DNA from: a virus
Taxonomy: Duplodnaviria > Caudoviricetes
DNA length: 52,708 nt
Virus record (IMG/VR): IMGVR_UViG_3300035700_000486
Coordinates: 1-52,708 of that record
Strand: one strand, 5' to 3'
This document shows, piece by piece, positions 10,344-19,517 of the stretch. A program made the position numbers and the translations under genes. The notes beneath the pieces are model-generated. The model did no database searches. It was not told where the DNA came from and was given only the letters and a program-made list of their open reading frames with translations. Positions within the stretch are counted from its first letter, which is position 1. The number at the start of each line of letters is the position of its first letter.

Positions 10344-10416
10344 CACTTTTTACTTTTCACTTGACATTGGTTGATGTCAAGTGAATTACCTATTTAAGTT
10401 ATTATTGTCAATAATA

Positions 10417-11493
10417 TTACCCATTTACGTTAAGGATGTAAACTTCGTCTATTCTCTCGAAAGATGGAAGAGTGATCCCAGAAACGATAGTTTCCACATT
10501 AACTGGAGTGGAAATAGTCTTAGTGGTAACAGCAATTCCTCTATCTACTATCTGTACATCTGCATCACTTTGACCAGTCATAAGATCGGACTCTTCAGGA
10601 GTTGTACCATAATAAGTATTACCTAAAGTTCCTTGACCAGGAATTAGGGAAAATACATCATCTGGGAAGAACTTATTTGCGGACTGATTTTTAACTGTCA
10701 AACTATAATTTTTGTTATATACAGCTACATTAAGATCCAGTTCTTCAAGTAAGTATTCTCTCAACATTCTATCGTTTACATTGGCGTTAGTGTTTCCTAC
10801 ATAACCCTTGGCATCCATGTCATTGAGAATTGAATCATTGTTAAGTAGATATTTCCAAGTTGCACGGGTAGAAACTGCTCTTTGTGGCCTGGTACCCGTA
10901 TCTTCCTCAACAGTATCCTGAGCATCACTTATATCACTCACTGGATCAGCGGTAGAAGTCTGGCTCCATCTATTATCAAATGTTAAAGTAGTCTGATGAT
11001 CGCTGAGATTACTATTAGGATCATAATCATATTGATAAGCTACACCATTAGCTACAATTGCAATCTGAAAAGAACTTAATAACTGCATTCTCATTCTTTC
11101 AGCCTGTACCTCAGCACCTTCAACCAGACCGGTTACATCATCAAATATGTTTTCAAGTATGGTCATGATCATATCATTGTTATCTGCAGCCATTAATTTA
11201 TTAATTTCCTGCCTGTCTTTCTCATTGATTTTCATTGATTCACGGAAGAAAGGCATCTCGGTTTCTATCTTTTCAAAACCGACTCGATCTCTTACAGTAA
11301 CGTCTGCATCAAAGTTACTGGGAGTCAGAGCGACCGGTAATCCTTGAGCTCCTTTAATCCAACTTAAATCTAAACCTAATTGCTTCTGCCTGGGGAAAAG
11401 AGTCCTCCCTAAATAAGGCTCAGCATTAGAAGGTTTGTTTTTATAATAAGTTGCTATTTCTTGCGCATTAGCATAATCATATATAGTAGGCAT
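10417..11493 (-). CDS. Major capsid protein (phage capsid E-like family)
   Basis: YLGRTLFP, MPFFRESMKINEKDRQ, YGTTPEE, LPSFE motifs. Confidence 0.92.
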   Translation of the reverse strand: MPTIYDYANAQEIATYYKNKPSNAEPYLGRTLFPRQKQLGLDLSWIKGAQGLPVALTPSNFDADVTVRDRVGFEKIETEMPFFRESMKINEKDRQEINKLMAADNNDMIMTILENIFDDVTGLVEGAEVQAERMRMQLLSSFQIAIVANGVAYQYDYDPNSNLSDHQTTLTFDNRWSQTSTADPVSDISDAQDTVEEDTGTRPQRAVSTRATWKYLLNNDSILNDMDAKGYVGNTNANVNDRMLREYLLEELDLNVAVYNKNYSLTVKNQSANKFFPDDVFSLIPGQGTLGNTYYGTTPEESDLMTGQSDADVQIVDRGIAVTTKTISTPVNVETIVSGITLPSFERIDEVYILNVNG

Positions 11494-11558
11494 TCATATT
11501 CACCCTTTCAATTTAGTCATTTTCTTCTAGTTGTTTATATAATTTTTTTATTTATTTT

Positions 11559-12305
11559 TTATCCTTCAGAGATAAATGTGATTCCCTCTAAGGCTTCTCT
11601 GGCATCTTCGCTGGGAACAGAATCCAGTTTATCTTCATCAATATATGCAAATACATACATTGAACCAGGTGCATCTCCATTTGTTACATCAACATCATTA
11701 ACAAGAACTCCTTCAGCAAGATACCCGGTCCCATCATTTCCACCTGATAAAGCTGCAGCACTTTGTGCTTCAACAACTCCTGATCCATCTTCTTCTGCGG
11801 CAGTTTCAGCAGTTACCATATATCCGGCCATGAGATGAGCATTAATTGCAGCAATAACTTCATTAGCAGTACTGGTTATAGATCCAGATCCGCCTGTGGC
11901 TAAACTGACATCGATAGTATCTCCGTCAACAGAAACAGATAAATCCTGATCATTTCCACTCGGATCAGTTAACTTAACTTCTATTTCATCTCCATCTTCT
12001 CCAGGATAAGGTCCGTCCTGATTTGCAGTAACTACTATATCTGCATCTGCATTTGTATTATCTATTTCAAGACTTGCGGCAGTTTTCTGAGTGTTCTTTT
12101 CTTCAACAGTTTCATTTCCATCAAGGTTTGCCAGTACTGGATTACTTACTCCCCCAACAATAGTACCTCTATCAACAATTTTATTCCCGTCAGCATCTGC
12201 TGAAATTCCATCAGCTTCAACCATTATTGGTACCGCGACCTTCGGAGCGGTAGTCAATTTAATAATATCTTCATGATTTGAATAACTGGTTTCAGTATAT
12301 TTCAT
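11559..12305 (-). CDS. Head decoration/minor capsid protein with inserted beta domain
   Basis: Between scaffold and MCP; GNKIVDRGT and GVLVNDVDVTNGD motifs flank a ~120-aa insertion. Confidence 0.7.
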   Translation of the reverse strand: MKYTETSYSNHEDIIKLTTAPKVAVPIMVEADGISADADGNKIVDRGTIVGGVSNPVLANLDGNETVEEKNTQKTAASLEIDNTNADADIVVTANQDGPYPGEDGDEIEVKLTDPSGNDQDLSVSVDGDTIDVSLATGGSGSITSTANEVIAAINAHLMAGYMVTAETAAEEDGSGVVEAQSAAALSGGNDGTGYLAEGVLVNDVDVTNGDAPGSMYVFAYIDEDKLDSVPSEDAREALEGITFISEG

Positions 12306-12346
12306 TTAAGATCAATCCTCCTTATTCTTTAACTCAATTTCAAAAT

Positions 12347-13045
12347 TTAATTCTCAAAGTAATTAGACTGTGCTTCTACAGCATTTTTCTCTTCTTCACT
12401 TCCTCTATTAGCTAACTCTTCGCCGATAGATCCGCCTTCGTTGTTACTTCCTCCGGGAGAATTACTGTTATTAAGTACAGTACCATTTTCCTGGAGCTCT
12501 TTAATAACATCATCTCTTATGGCATCCTGGACTGACTTCATGTCTTCAACTAATCCTTCAACATCTGATTCATCCATATCTGCATTGACATTAATCCAGT
12601 CAGCTAACCTTTTATCTAATTCCTGGTCAGCAATCTGTTCGGCTTTATGTGCTTTCAATTCTTTTCTTCGGAGCTCTTTTTCTTTATCTTGAAGTTCTTT
12701 TTCTTTAGCTTCTAATTTTTCATCTTCAGACATTGATTCCTGCTTTAATTCGTTTAGTTCCTTTTTTAGTTGACCAACATCATTTCTATAAGAATCAAGT
12801 TCTCTTTTGTGCTTATCTTCCATCTGGTCAATCATTTTTTGAGCTTGCTCACTTAATTCATCTTCTAAATCATCACCATCATCACCGTCATCATCATCGG
12901 ATCCACTGTTTCCATCATTTCCTAAATCATCCCCGTCACCGGTGCCGCCGTCATCTCCTTCAGCAGCAAATGAACTCATAGAATTAAAAACTGAAAACCC
13001 TCCAACAATCACTAATGTCATTAATACAATTAAAAGTAAATTCAT
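12347..13045 (-). CDS. Capsid scaffolding protein (DUF4355-like)
   Basis: Acidic N-terminal region, coiled coil, MSEDEK motif, position upstream of capsid genes. Confidence 0.8.
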   Translation of the reverse strand: MNLLLIVLMTLVIVGGFSVFNSMSSFAAEGDDGGTGDGDDLGNDGNSGSDDDDGDDGDDLEDELSEQAQKMIDQMEDKHKRELDSYRNDVGQLKKELNELKQESMSEDEKLEAKEKELQDKEKELRRKELKAHKAEQIADQELDKRLADWINVNADMDESDVEGLVEDMKSVQDAIRDDVIKELQENGTVLNNSNSPGGSNNEGGSIGEELANRGSEEEKNAVEAQSNYFEN

Positions 13046-13235
13046 TTATTTGATTCCTCCGTTTTCCGTATTGTTATTCAGTCCGCCTGTGGAAGCCGTA
13101 CTGCAATAACAAGCCGGTAATATTTTTATATAGACATAACAAAATTCCGTCTTCACCTTCAGGACCGTTCAAATAAAAATTTAGCCCGTTCCCTCCGGAT
13201 CGCCGGAATTACTAAAAACTTTTATATTTAAATTA

Positions 13236-13364
13236 TTATTTTTTAGTCAATTTATCAGGTAAAACTTCTTCAACATTACATAATTCTCTATCAAGTCCAC
13301 ATATCTCACATTTCTGGCCAGTGTTAAAAGAATAATTACAATAAACACATTCCCATTCTAGCAT
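13236..13364 (-). CDS. 42-aa zinc-finger microprotein (RanBP2-like)
   Basis: Not in ORF track; GAAGGTG RBS; MLEWECVYCNYSFNTGQKCEICGLDRELCNVEEVLPDKLTKK. Confidence 0.6.
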   Translation of the reverse strand: MLEWECVYCNYSFNTGQKCEICGLDRELCNVEEVLPDKLTKK

Positions 13365-13366
13365 TC

Positions 13367-14314
13367 TTAATTCACCTTCTTCATAGCAGCACCAATTACT
13401 CCTATTAAGTGCCTGCCTTCTTTTTTGCGAATGATTCCGCGATTAGTATAACTTTTCACCTGACTTAGAACCTTATTAAGCTGTTCAGGTGACCTTCTAC
13501 CATCCAACAACCAGCCTTCATAAGTTCTGGCTGGGTTAGTAACCTCAGATTCAATGAATGGTGAATAAGCACACCTGCAATCCGGATGTCTTGGTAAAAA
13601 TGGTTGTTCTCCAATCACATAAACATTGTTATGATCTACAGAACATTCGGGGCAAGTCCTAACATCCAGAGTGGCTAAATATCTGACTTTTTCTAAATTT
13701 GCTTGCTCATATACATCCAGATTTGACTGATTCAAAATAGCATTGTTCCAGGACCTGGTTGTCATTTCTACCCGGTTATAACCTAATTTCTTCGTTGCTT
13801 CATTTAATCTACGGGCTGTTTTCTCTGGATTTTCTCCCAGAGCCACAGATTCAAATAATTCCTGCTCAATTCTGAAAGCTAAATCATTACCATATCTACT
13901 CACATATTCAGTCATGGTTTTACCTTTTATGGTTACTGAATCCACTACTTCAGATTTGATTGCCCTGGTTGGTAGTCTGTTAAATTCTTGATTAATCCCC
14001 AGCTCCGAAGTATTTTTCAATAAGTTCTGAGTAAATAAGGATTCATTTTTATATAAACCGGCCAGATCATCTCTGTAATTAGATATAAAATTACTTTTAT
14101 ATTTTTTTATCTCAGACCTGATCTGCTCTTTAAGTTTCATCTTTCTGTTATATTTAGCTAATTCAGCCTGAGACCAGTTCCCTTTATTATTAGATTTCTT
14201 AAACATTTGCATCATATCATTATCAATTCTATTAATTGTTTTATCTAATTGGTTAGTATACTTGTTTACGTATTTTTCTTCCTCAAGACGGTTTTTTATT
14301 TTTTGTACTAGCAT
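13367..14314 (-). CDS. Minor head protein (SPP1 gp7/Mu F-like)
   Basis: YLATLDVRTCPEC and PRHPDCRC motifs. Confidence 0.9.
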   Translation of the reverse strand: MLVQKIKNRLEEEKYVNKYTNQLDKTINRIDNDMMQMFKKSNNKGNWSQAELAKYNRKMKLKEQIRSEIKKYKSNFISNYRDDLAGLYKNESLFTQNLLKNTSELGINQEFNRLPTRAIKSEVVDSVTIKGKTMTEYVSRYGNDLAFRIEQELFESVALGENPEKTARRLNEATKKLGYNRVEMTTRSWNNAILNQSNLDVYEQANLEKVRYLATLDVRTCPECSVDHNNVYVIGEQPFLPRHPDCRCAYSPFIESEVTNPARTYEGWLLDGRRSPEQLNKVLSQVKSYTNRGIIRKKEGRHLIGVIGAAMKKVN

Positions 14315-14331
14315 AAGTTATCAACCGCCTC

Positions 14332-15684
14332 CTATTCAGTGTTATTATTATCGGAACCAGAATCTAAATTAGTATTACTGTTATTAGTACTATGTTCACT
14401 CAATTCGCTGGCAATATCATTTCTGACTTGCTGGTCTTCTTCTTCCAGCCTGTCTAATTCTTCATCTGGATCAGAAATTAATTCAGGAACTTTACTCATT
14501 CCTGTTTTACGGGATATCATTCTGATTCCCCTGAGGCTCTCAATCATGCCTACTAATTCCTTAAGATTGCTGGGCAATATTCCACCAAAACTTAATTTGT
14601 GATCCAACTCTGACTGGCCTAACATCTTCAGGGCCATGTTATCCATTTCTACAACTTTATTATTTATATCTCCGCGAAGGCTCTCAACTTTAGCTTCTAT
14701 CTCAATAGCTTTTACTTTGAGAGCTTCACCAGAGGGATCTCCTGAACTCAATAAGGTAGCCAGTACATATTCAGGATAATCATTAGCAAGGATCTCTTTG
14801 ATATCTTCCTGCTTTTCCAGCATTAATTGAGCTACATTTCCTTGCATTTCTAAATATTGCATCTGTCCTTCATCACCTAGGTGAAAGAAAGTCTGGTCCT
14901 GGTATCTTGATTCATCAACCTTATCTTTACTTTCTTTATTAAACTGTTTACCGTCTTTGTTATCCCAAATAGCAGGTTCGCCGTGAAGCCAGAATATATT
15001 ATTAAGGTAGGCCTCTATTTGATTATACTGGTCAATCTTATTAAACATGGGTTCTAAATTGTAGTTAGTCTCAAATTCAATCACTGGTATGAAATCAAAA
15101 GCTAAAGGACCTGATGTTTCTTGATTTAATTCACCGTCATGATATTCTCTTCTTACACGATAGCCATCAACATTGTAATATTCTTTGACCACCGGAATTG
15201 TTTCCCAGTCTTTAGTGTCAAGGTTGAATTTCTCTGTTTTTCCTTCAATTTTTGCATATATAGTTTTATTTCCCTGTTTTTTTGTTTCGGTATTTGAAGG
15301 ATCGTGAAGAGTGAAAATTATATCATCATCTTTTTTATTAAGTTCTATTACAGATTTTTGAGTGAGAATAAGCCAGAGCACTAAAATATATTTCATCGAT
15401 TGGAAATTGTTTTGGTCCCATATATCTTCAATTTTCTTTTTAGATGGATTCTCTGCGTTGTTGCTGGAATTACTTTCTTCATCTTCTCCCTGGACTTCTA
15501 TATCAAGATTTTTTTTCATAGTTAACGCGTTCATTATGAAAGCTGTTTTTGGCACTGGATTGTATATTTCTTTGGTATCAACAAATAATTTGTGGTTAGA
15601 AATATAATCATCATCGTATACATCATTGTTATAAAAAGACCAAGCTCTCTGAATTTCTTCTAGATCCGGATCTATGTTCTGCAT
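14332..15684 (-). CDS. Portal protein (SPP1 gp6-like)
   Basis: 450 aa after terminase; IPVIEF and SGEALK motifs. Confidence 0.85.
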   Translation of the reverse strand: MQNIDPDLEEIQRAWSFYNNDVYDDDYISNHKLFVDTKEIYNPVPKTAFIMNALTMKKNLDIEVQGEDEESNSSNNAENPSKKKIEDIWDQNNFQSMKYILVLWLILTQKSVIELNKKDDDIIFTLHDPSNTETKKQGNKTIYAKIEGKTEKFNLDTKDWETIPVVKEYYNVDGYRVRREYHDGELNQETSGPLAFDFIPVIEFETNYNLEPMFNKIDQYNQIEAYLNNIFWLHGEPAIWDNKDGKQFNKESKDKVDESRYQDQTFFHLGDEGQMQYLEMQGNVAQLMLEKQEDIKEILANDYPEYVLATLLSSGDPSGEALKVKAIEIEAKVESLRGDINNKVVEMDNMALKMLGQSELDHKLSFGGILPSNLKELVGMIESLRGIRMISRKTGMSKVPELISDPDEELDRLEEEDQQVRNDIASELSEHSTNNSNTNLDSGSDNNNTE

Positions 15685-15722
15685 TTAACGAGGATCACCT
15701 CCTCTGGGAGATAGTTAACTTT

Positions 15723-16148
15723 TTATTCACAAAATTCCTTGATTCGCTTATATTTTTTTTCAGTAGAATGGCCATCCCATTCTTTTTCATGCTGTGACAA
15801 ATGCCAGCTTACCTGTCCGGTAGGCAATTCCATAAATACAACCGGCCATTCTGGCTCCTTAGGGTCAACTCTTATACCACATTCATAACCTAAAGCTATA
15901 CAAAAATTTAATGCAGCTAAAATGAAATTATTTCTATTATCATAATCATTATTTTTATCAAAAGTTTCTATTGATTCCAGATACATTTTTAAACTTTTAT
16001 TTTCTTCCTCAATAAACTCTTCATGTTCTTTCTTAAAAATGTTTTCCAACTCACCGCCACACTCTGGGCATTCATCATATTCATCGTTATAAACTGGAAA
16101 ATAACACTCTATACATTTATGAGTTTGACAAAAAGCCAAATTACTCAT
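15723..16148 (-). CDS. Zn-ribbon plus WDGH-motif protein
   Basis: CIEC/CPEC, LPTGQVSWH, WDGHST motifs. Confidence 0.6.
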   Translation of the reverse strand: MSNLAFCQTHKCIECYFPVYNDEYDECPECGGELENIFKKEHEEFIEEENKSLKMYLESIETFDKNNDYDNRNNFILAALNFCIALGYECGIRVDPKEPEWPVVFMELPTGQVSWHLSQHEKEWDGHSTEKKYKRIKEFCE

Positions 16149-16191
16149 CCTTTCTATATGAATTTTTAAGTTCTTCTATATTCAAATATTT

Positions 16192-17535
16192 TTACCTCCC
16201 CCGGCCACGCCTGGACCGCCAATCGTAAGATTCAGAAGTTATAATCTGTGGTTCGGTGTTAATCTCATACCTTATTCCATCCAAAGCATGATCATTCTTT
16301 TTAACAGGTTTATCTTCTCCTTTTTCCTGAGCTTTTTCATCCCAAACGTAAGAAGCAAATTCTTTTATAGTATTAGGACAATTTTTCTTGACTACATACA
16401 GCTTACCAGTATTTAAATATGTGGCCACTTTTCTAATTCCATCTACCACATCATTATTAGCTTTAGTAATAGTTATATCCAAATCACTTTTTAATTGAGT
16501 AATGAAACTTGCGGCTGAAGGGTCAACAACTATGTCCTGAATTCCATAGCCGTATTCATTAATGAAATCCAGCATATCATTGCTGTATTGAGCATCAGTT
16601 TTTTGCCTTCCTTCTTCATCGCTATCCCAGTAGTATTCATCAATTATATAACGAACACCGTTTTTGATACCAACTAACAAGAACACTGTAGGGTTACTGG
16701 TACCATAATCGGCCGTAATTCTGAAAGTGTCGAATTGATCAGGGAGTTGATTATATTTAATGGTGTGTTTATCTTCACGCCACATATCATAAATAATACC
16801 TTCTGCCAGCACCCAAAGTCCTAATATGTATCTTTTGTAAAAGACTCCGGAGAACATTCGCTTATATCTTTCTTTGATTTTCTCAGATAAAGTCAGATTA
16901 TCCTTTAATAAGAAATGTAAGTGTAGTATTTGTTTTTCTGCGGCCTTATTAATGTATTCATCTTTCATGAAATGATATGGGCCCTGGGGATTACAGTTCA
17001 TGAAAATTTTACTGTCTTCAATTGAACACCGGCCAATCATCTGGCTAACAAAATTTTCTGGAAACAATGCGGATTCATCTGCAAGTGCTCCGGCTGCAGT
17101 TAATCCCTGGAGTGTGTCCTGACTTGATTTGTTATTAGCACCAAATAAATAGTATATATTAGTTCCTATTTCCATTCTCGGATCATCTGAACGTACATGA
17201 TTGTATTTAATACCTTTAGCTATAAGCATCTGTTTCCAGGGATTGATCACATTTCTGTCAAGAGCTCCCATTGACTTACCAGAAATTATAAAATTTTCAT
17301 TACTGTAAGTATCGAGTGACCAATTAGTGAAACTATCTATCATGGCCACAGTTTTACCTGATCTAATTGAACCGTCTGCTATAATCATATCTTTATCTTT
17401 ATGAGGACTATTATCTGACCACCAGGTTAATAACTTCTTCTGCTTTTTTGAAAAAGGTTTGAATTTGAATGCTGCATTTTTATTCCTCTTCCTGCTCATC
17501 TTCATCATTCCAAACTTGACCGGATGCCACTCCAA
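16192..17535 (-). CDS. terL: Terminase large subunit (PBSX family)
   Basis: Walker A GSIRSGKT, Walker B ALADES, NCNP, DYGTSNP, DPSAASF, DHALD; true start probably a few codons downstream. Confidence 0.95.
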   Translation of the reverse strand: MEWHPVKFGMMKMSRKRNKNAAFKFKPFSKKQKKLLTWWSDNSPHKDKDMIIADGSIRSGKTVAMIDSFTNWSLDTYSNENFIISGKSMGALDRNVINPWKQMLIAKGIKYNHVRSDDPRMEIGTNIYYLFGANNKSSQDTLQGLTAAGALADESALFPENFVSQMIGRCSIEDSKIFMNCNPQGPYHFMKDEYINKAAEKQILHLHFLLKDNLTLSEKIKERYKRMFSGVFYKRYILGLWVLAEGIIYDMWREDKHTIKYNQLPDQFDTFRITADYGTSNPTVFLLVGIKNGVRYIIDEYYWDSDEEGRQKTDAQYSNDMLDFINEYGYGIQDIVVDPSAASFITQLKSDLDITITKANNDVVDGIRKVATYLNTGKLYVVKKNCPNTIKEFASYVWDEKAQEKGEDKPVKKNDHALDGIRYEINTEPQIITSESYDWRSRRGRGR

Positions 17536-18121
17536 TAGCTTTTAAATATTGAGATATGTCCGGATCAATAGGTCCTTCTCTCTGCTCCACTTTATGTTTT
17601 ACGTCGATTAATTTAGCTTTTCTAGTTTGAACCCTGGTGATTGCTTCTTCAATATCCTGTATCTGACCTAAGGTGGCTCTGTTCTTCTCTTCAGTCATAT
17701 CAACTGGACCTTCCGGCCCAGTTCCAACTTTATCATTTATTTCAACAGTGGTGAATTTATTTTTTCTTAGTTCCTGAATTCTTAACATCATTCTGCGGAT
17801 ACGAATATCAGTTAGTCTTATTTCATTGTCAAGTTGGGAAGCTACATCGGTTCTGATCTCATGGTACAATTCTTTTTCCTCTTCATCTAAAGTGTCCAGC
17901 CAAATAGCTTCATGTTCATGAGTTTTTACTGCATTTTTATTCTTTTTCATTTTTTCGGACGGTGCACCTGTGGATTTTCCTCCATGAAATTTACATCTTC
18001 CAGTTCCTGGGTGATCGGTGCCCCAACCTGCTTTTAATTTACAAGGTTCTCCAGTACTCTTGGCTTTCGCTCCACATATATTGCTATGAGGTTCGTTTTT
18101 AGATTCAGACACGACCACCAC
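17480..18121 (-). CDS. terS: Terminase small subunit with HGGxSTG domain
   Basis: CGAK...PC...GRCKFHGGKSTG, NKNAVKTH; directly upstream of terL. Confidence 0.85.
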   Translation of the reverse strand: MVVVSESKNEPHSNICGAKAKSTGEPCKLKAGWGTDHPGTGRCKFHGGKSTGAPSEKMKKNKNAVKTHEHEAIWLDTLDEEEKELYHEIRTDVASQLDNEIRLTDIRIRRMMLRIQELRKNKFTTVEINDKVGTGPEGPVDMTEEKNRATLGQIQDIEEAITRVQTRKAKLIDVKHKVEQREGPIDPDISQYLKAIGVASGQVWNDEDEQEEE

Positions 18122-18157
18122 CTTCTTTCACTTAATTATTTAATACATTTTTATAAC

Positions 18158-18496
18158 TTAATCATCCCTATCCAATATTTCTCGCGCTTTCCTCCAATGG
18201 ATACTTTTCTTACCAAATTTCTCCCACATTGCCTCAGGAACCACAACTCCAAACCTAAATACATAGCTGCAGGTACAGCATTTAAAATAAACATCACATC
18301 TATAAGGATGACTGCTGCCTGTATTTTTACGAATATGAAACAGCCATTTTCTGGCCTGAATTTCAGAACCTCCACATTCTGGACATGTAATCTGTTTTCT
18401 TGGTACTGGAAGCGGTTTTGATAGGTCCCAATACTCATGAACTCGGTTGAAAATTTCATTGCTTGATAATGAAGGAAATAAATTCATTGATATCAT
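18158..18496 (-). CDS. Hypothetical Zn-finger protein
   Basis: CPECG and CCTC motifs; coupled to neighbours. Confidence 0.6.
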   Translation of the reverse strand: MISMNLFPSLSSNEIFNRVHEYWDLSKPLPVPRKQITCPECGGSEIQARKWLFHIRKNTGSSHPYRCDVYFKCCTCSYVFRFGVVVPEAMWEKFGKKSIHWRKAREILDRDD

Positions 18497-18497
18497 A

Positions 18498-18734
18498 TCA
18501 TTCCTTCATGTCATCTAAAACAGTTTGTTTGGCAGCTTCCAATAATCCAATTAATTTAGTAGCTTCCATGTTTGTGTTCGATCTGGTAATGATTCCTTCA
18601 TCATGTTCATAGATAACAATCATTTCTTCAAGATCATCGTAATCGTCTATCCAGTCATCCATAGATTCTCTTAAAACTCTGGGGGTTACATTCCCATCTT
18701 TTCTATCCTTAGCAGCTTTAAAATCTAAAGTCAT
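18498..18734 (-). CDS. Hypothetical protein
   Basis: AAGGAG RBS; IGLLEAAK C-terminal motif common in small phage proteins. Confidence 0.65.
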   Translation of the reverse strand: MTLDFKAAKDRKDGNVTPRVLRESMDDWIDDYDDLEEMIVIYEHDEGIITRSNTNMEATKLIGLLEAAKQTVLDDMKE

Positions 18735-18781
18735 AAATTACTCTCCTTCAAAAAAATAAATTATTTCTGAAACATGCGAAA

Positions 18782-18806
18782 ACCCCGCTCTGGCTAGGAG
18801 CGGGGT
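18782..18806 (-). terminator. GC-rich hairpin in late leader
   Basis: ACCCCGCTC-N7-GAGCGGGGT followed by TTT on minus strand. Confidence 0.6.
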
Positions 18807-18931
18807 AACAACAATATAAAGGAGGTTTTAATATATATGAAAAAAATATTAAATTTTTGTTGATTTTTATTGAAAAATATTATATTATATATTAGAATTA
18901 GGGTTGTTTTTATTTTTATATCACTATATAC

Positions 18932-19006
18932 ATTATATCATACTATTAAGTAAAATAAAGCGAGAATGCTGATATCCAACGACATTCTAAAGACACACAA
19001 AAGACA
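18932..19006 (-). promoter_or_regulatory. Putative late promoter with activator-binding direct repeats
   Basis: Extended -10 TGATATAAT (18932-18940), no good -35, TGTC repeats at 11-bp spacing (plus-strand GACA at 18981, 18992, 19003) downstream of the activator gene. Confidence 0.6.
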
Positions 19007-19019
19007 TCCTGCTAAAAAA

Positions 19020-19517
19020 TTAAGAGATCAACCAATTTTTGAAGAAATCTGCAACATCAGAAATTGGATTATCTAAATAATATTCCAAATCCAATAAACC
19101 ATTAATCCTTTTTAAAGCTTTATCTTTCTTACGTTCCACAGTTTTTTTAGTGTAATTAATTTTATCAGCTATTTCCTCATTAGTATAGTTAACTTTCTTA
19201 CTATATGTCCATTTCAATACGTTATAATCATCATTGTTATTACCATCTTTAATAGTCTCCAGAGAATCGTTTACATCATCTATCATCATTTTCAAAAAAC
19301 TGGCCATTTGCCCCGCCTGATCTTTATTTTCTACAAACCTTCCAATTTCCTGGGAGATCTTATTAGTCTTTCCACTACTTACTCCCGAATAATCCATAGC
19401 TGACGGATGATGATTCTGCTCACTCCTTCTTTTTTCAATTTTATATTTAGCTTCCAGTTCGCCTTGAAAATATAATTTTAAGATATTTTCAATAATTTCT
19501 TTCTCTTGTTTATCCAT
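19020..19517 (-). CDS. Late transcriptional activator (RinA/ArpU-like)
   Basis: C-terminal sigma-region-4-like HTH YTNEEIADKINYTKKTVERKKDKAL; last early gene before packaging module. Confidence 0.75.
   Translation of the reverse strand: MDKQEKEIIENILKLYFQGELEAKYKIEKRRSEQNHHPSAMDYSGVSSGKTNKISQEIGRFVENKDQAGQMASFLKMMIDDVNDSLETIKDGNNNDDYNVLKWTYSKKVNYTNEEIADKINYTKKTVERKKDKALKRINGLLDLEYYLDNPISDVADFFKNWLIS

Noticed and set aside
18151-18459. 102-aa alternative-frame ORF
   Set aside because: Almost fully overlaps 18158..18496, which has Zn motifs and proper coupling
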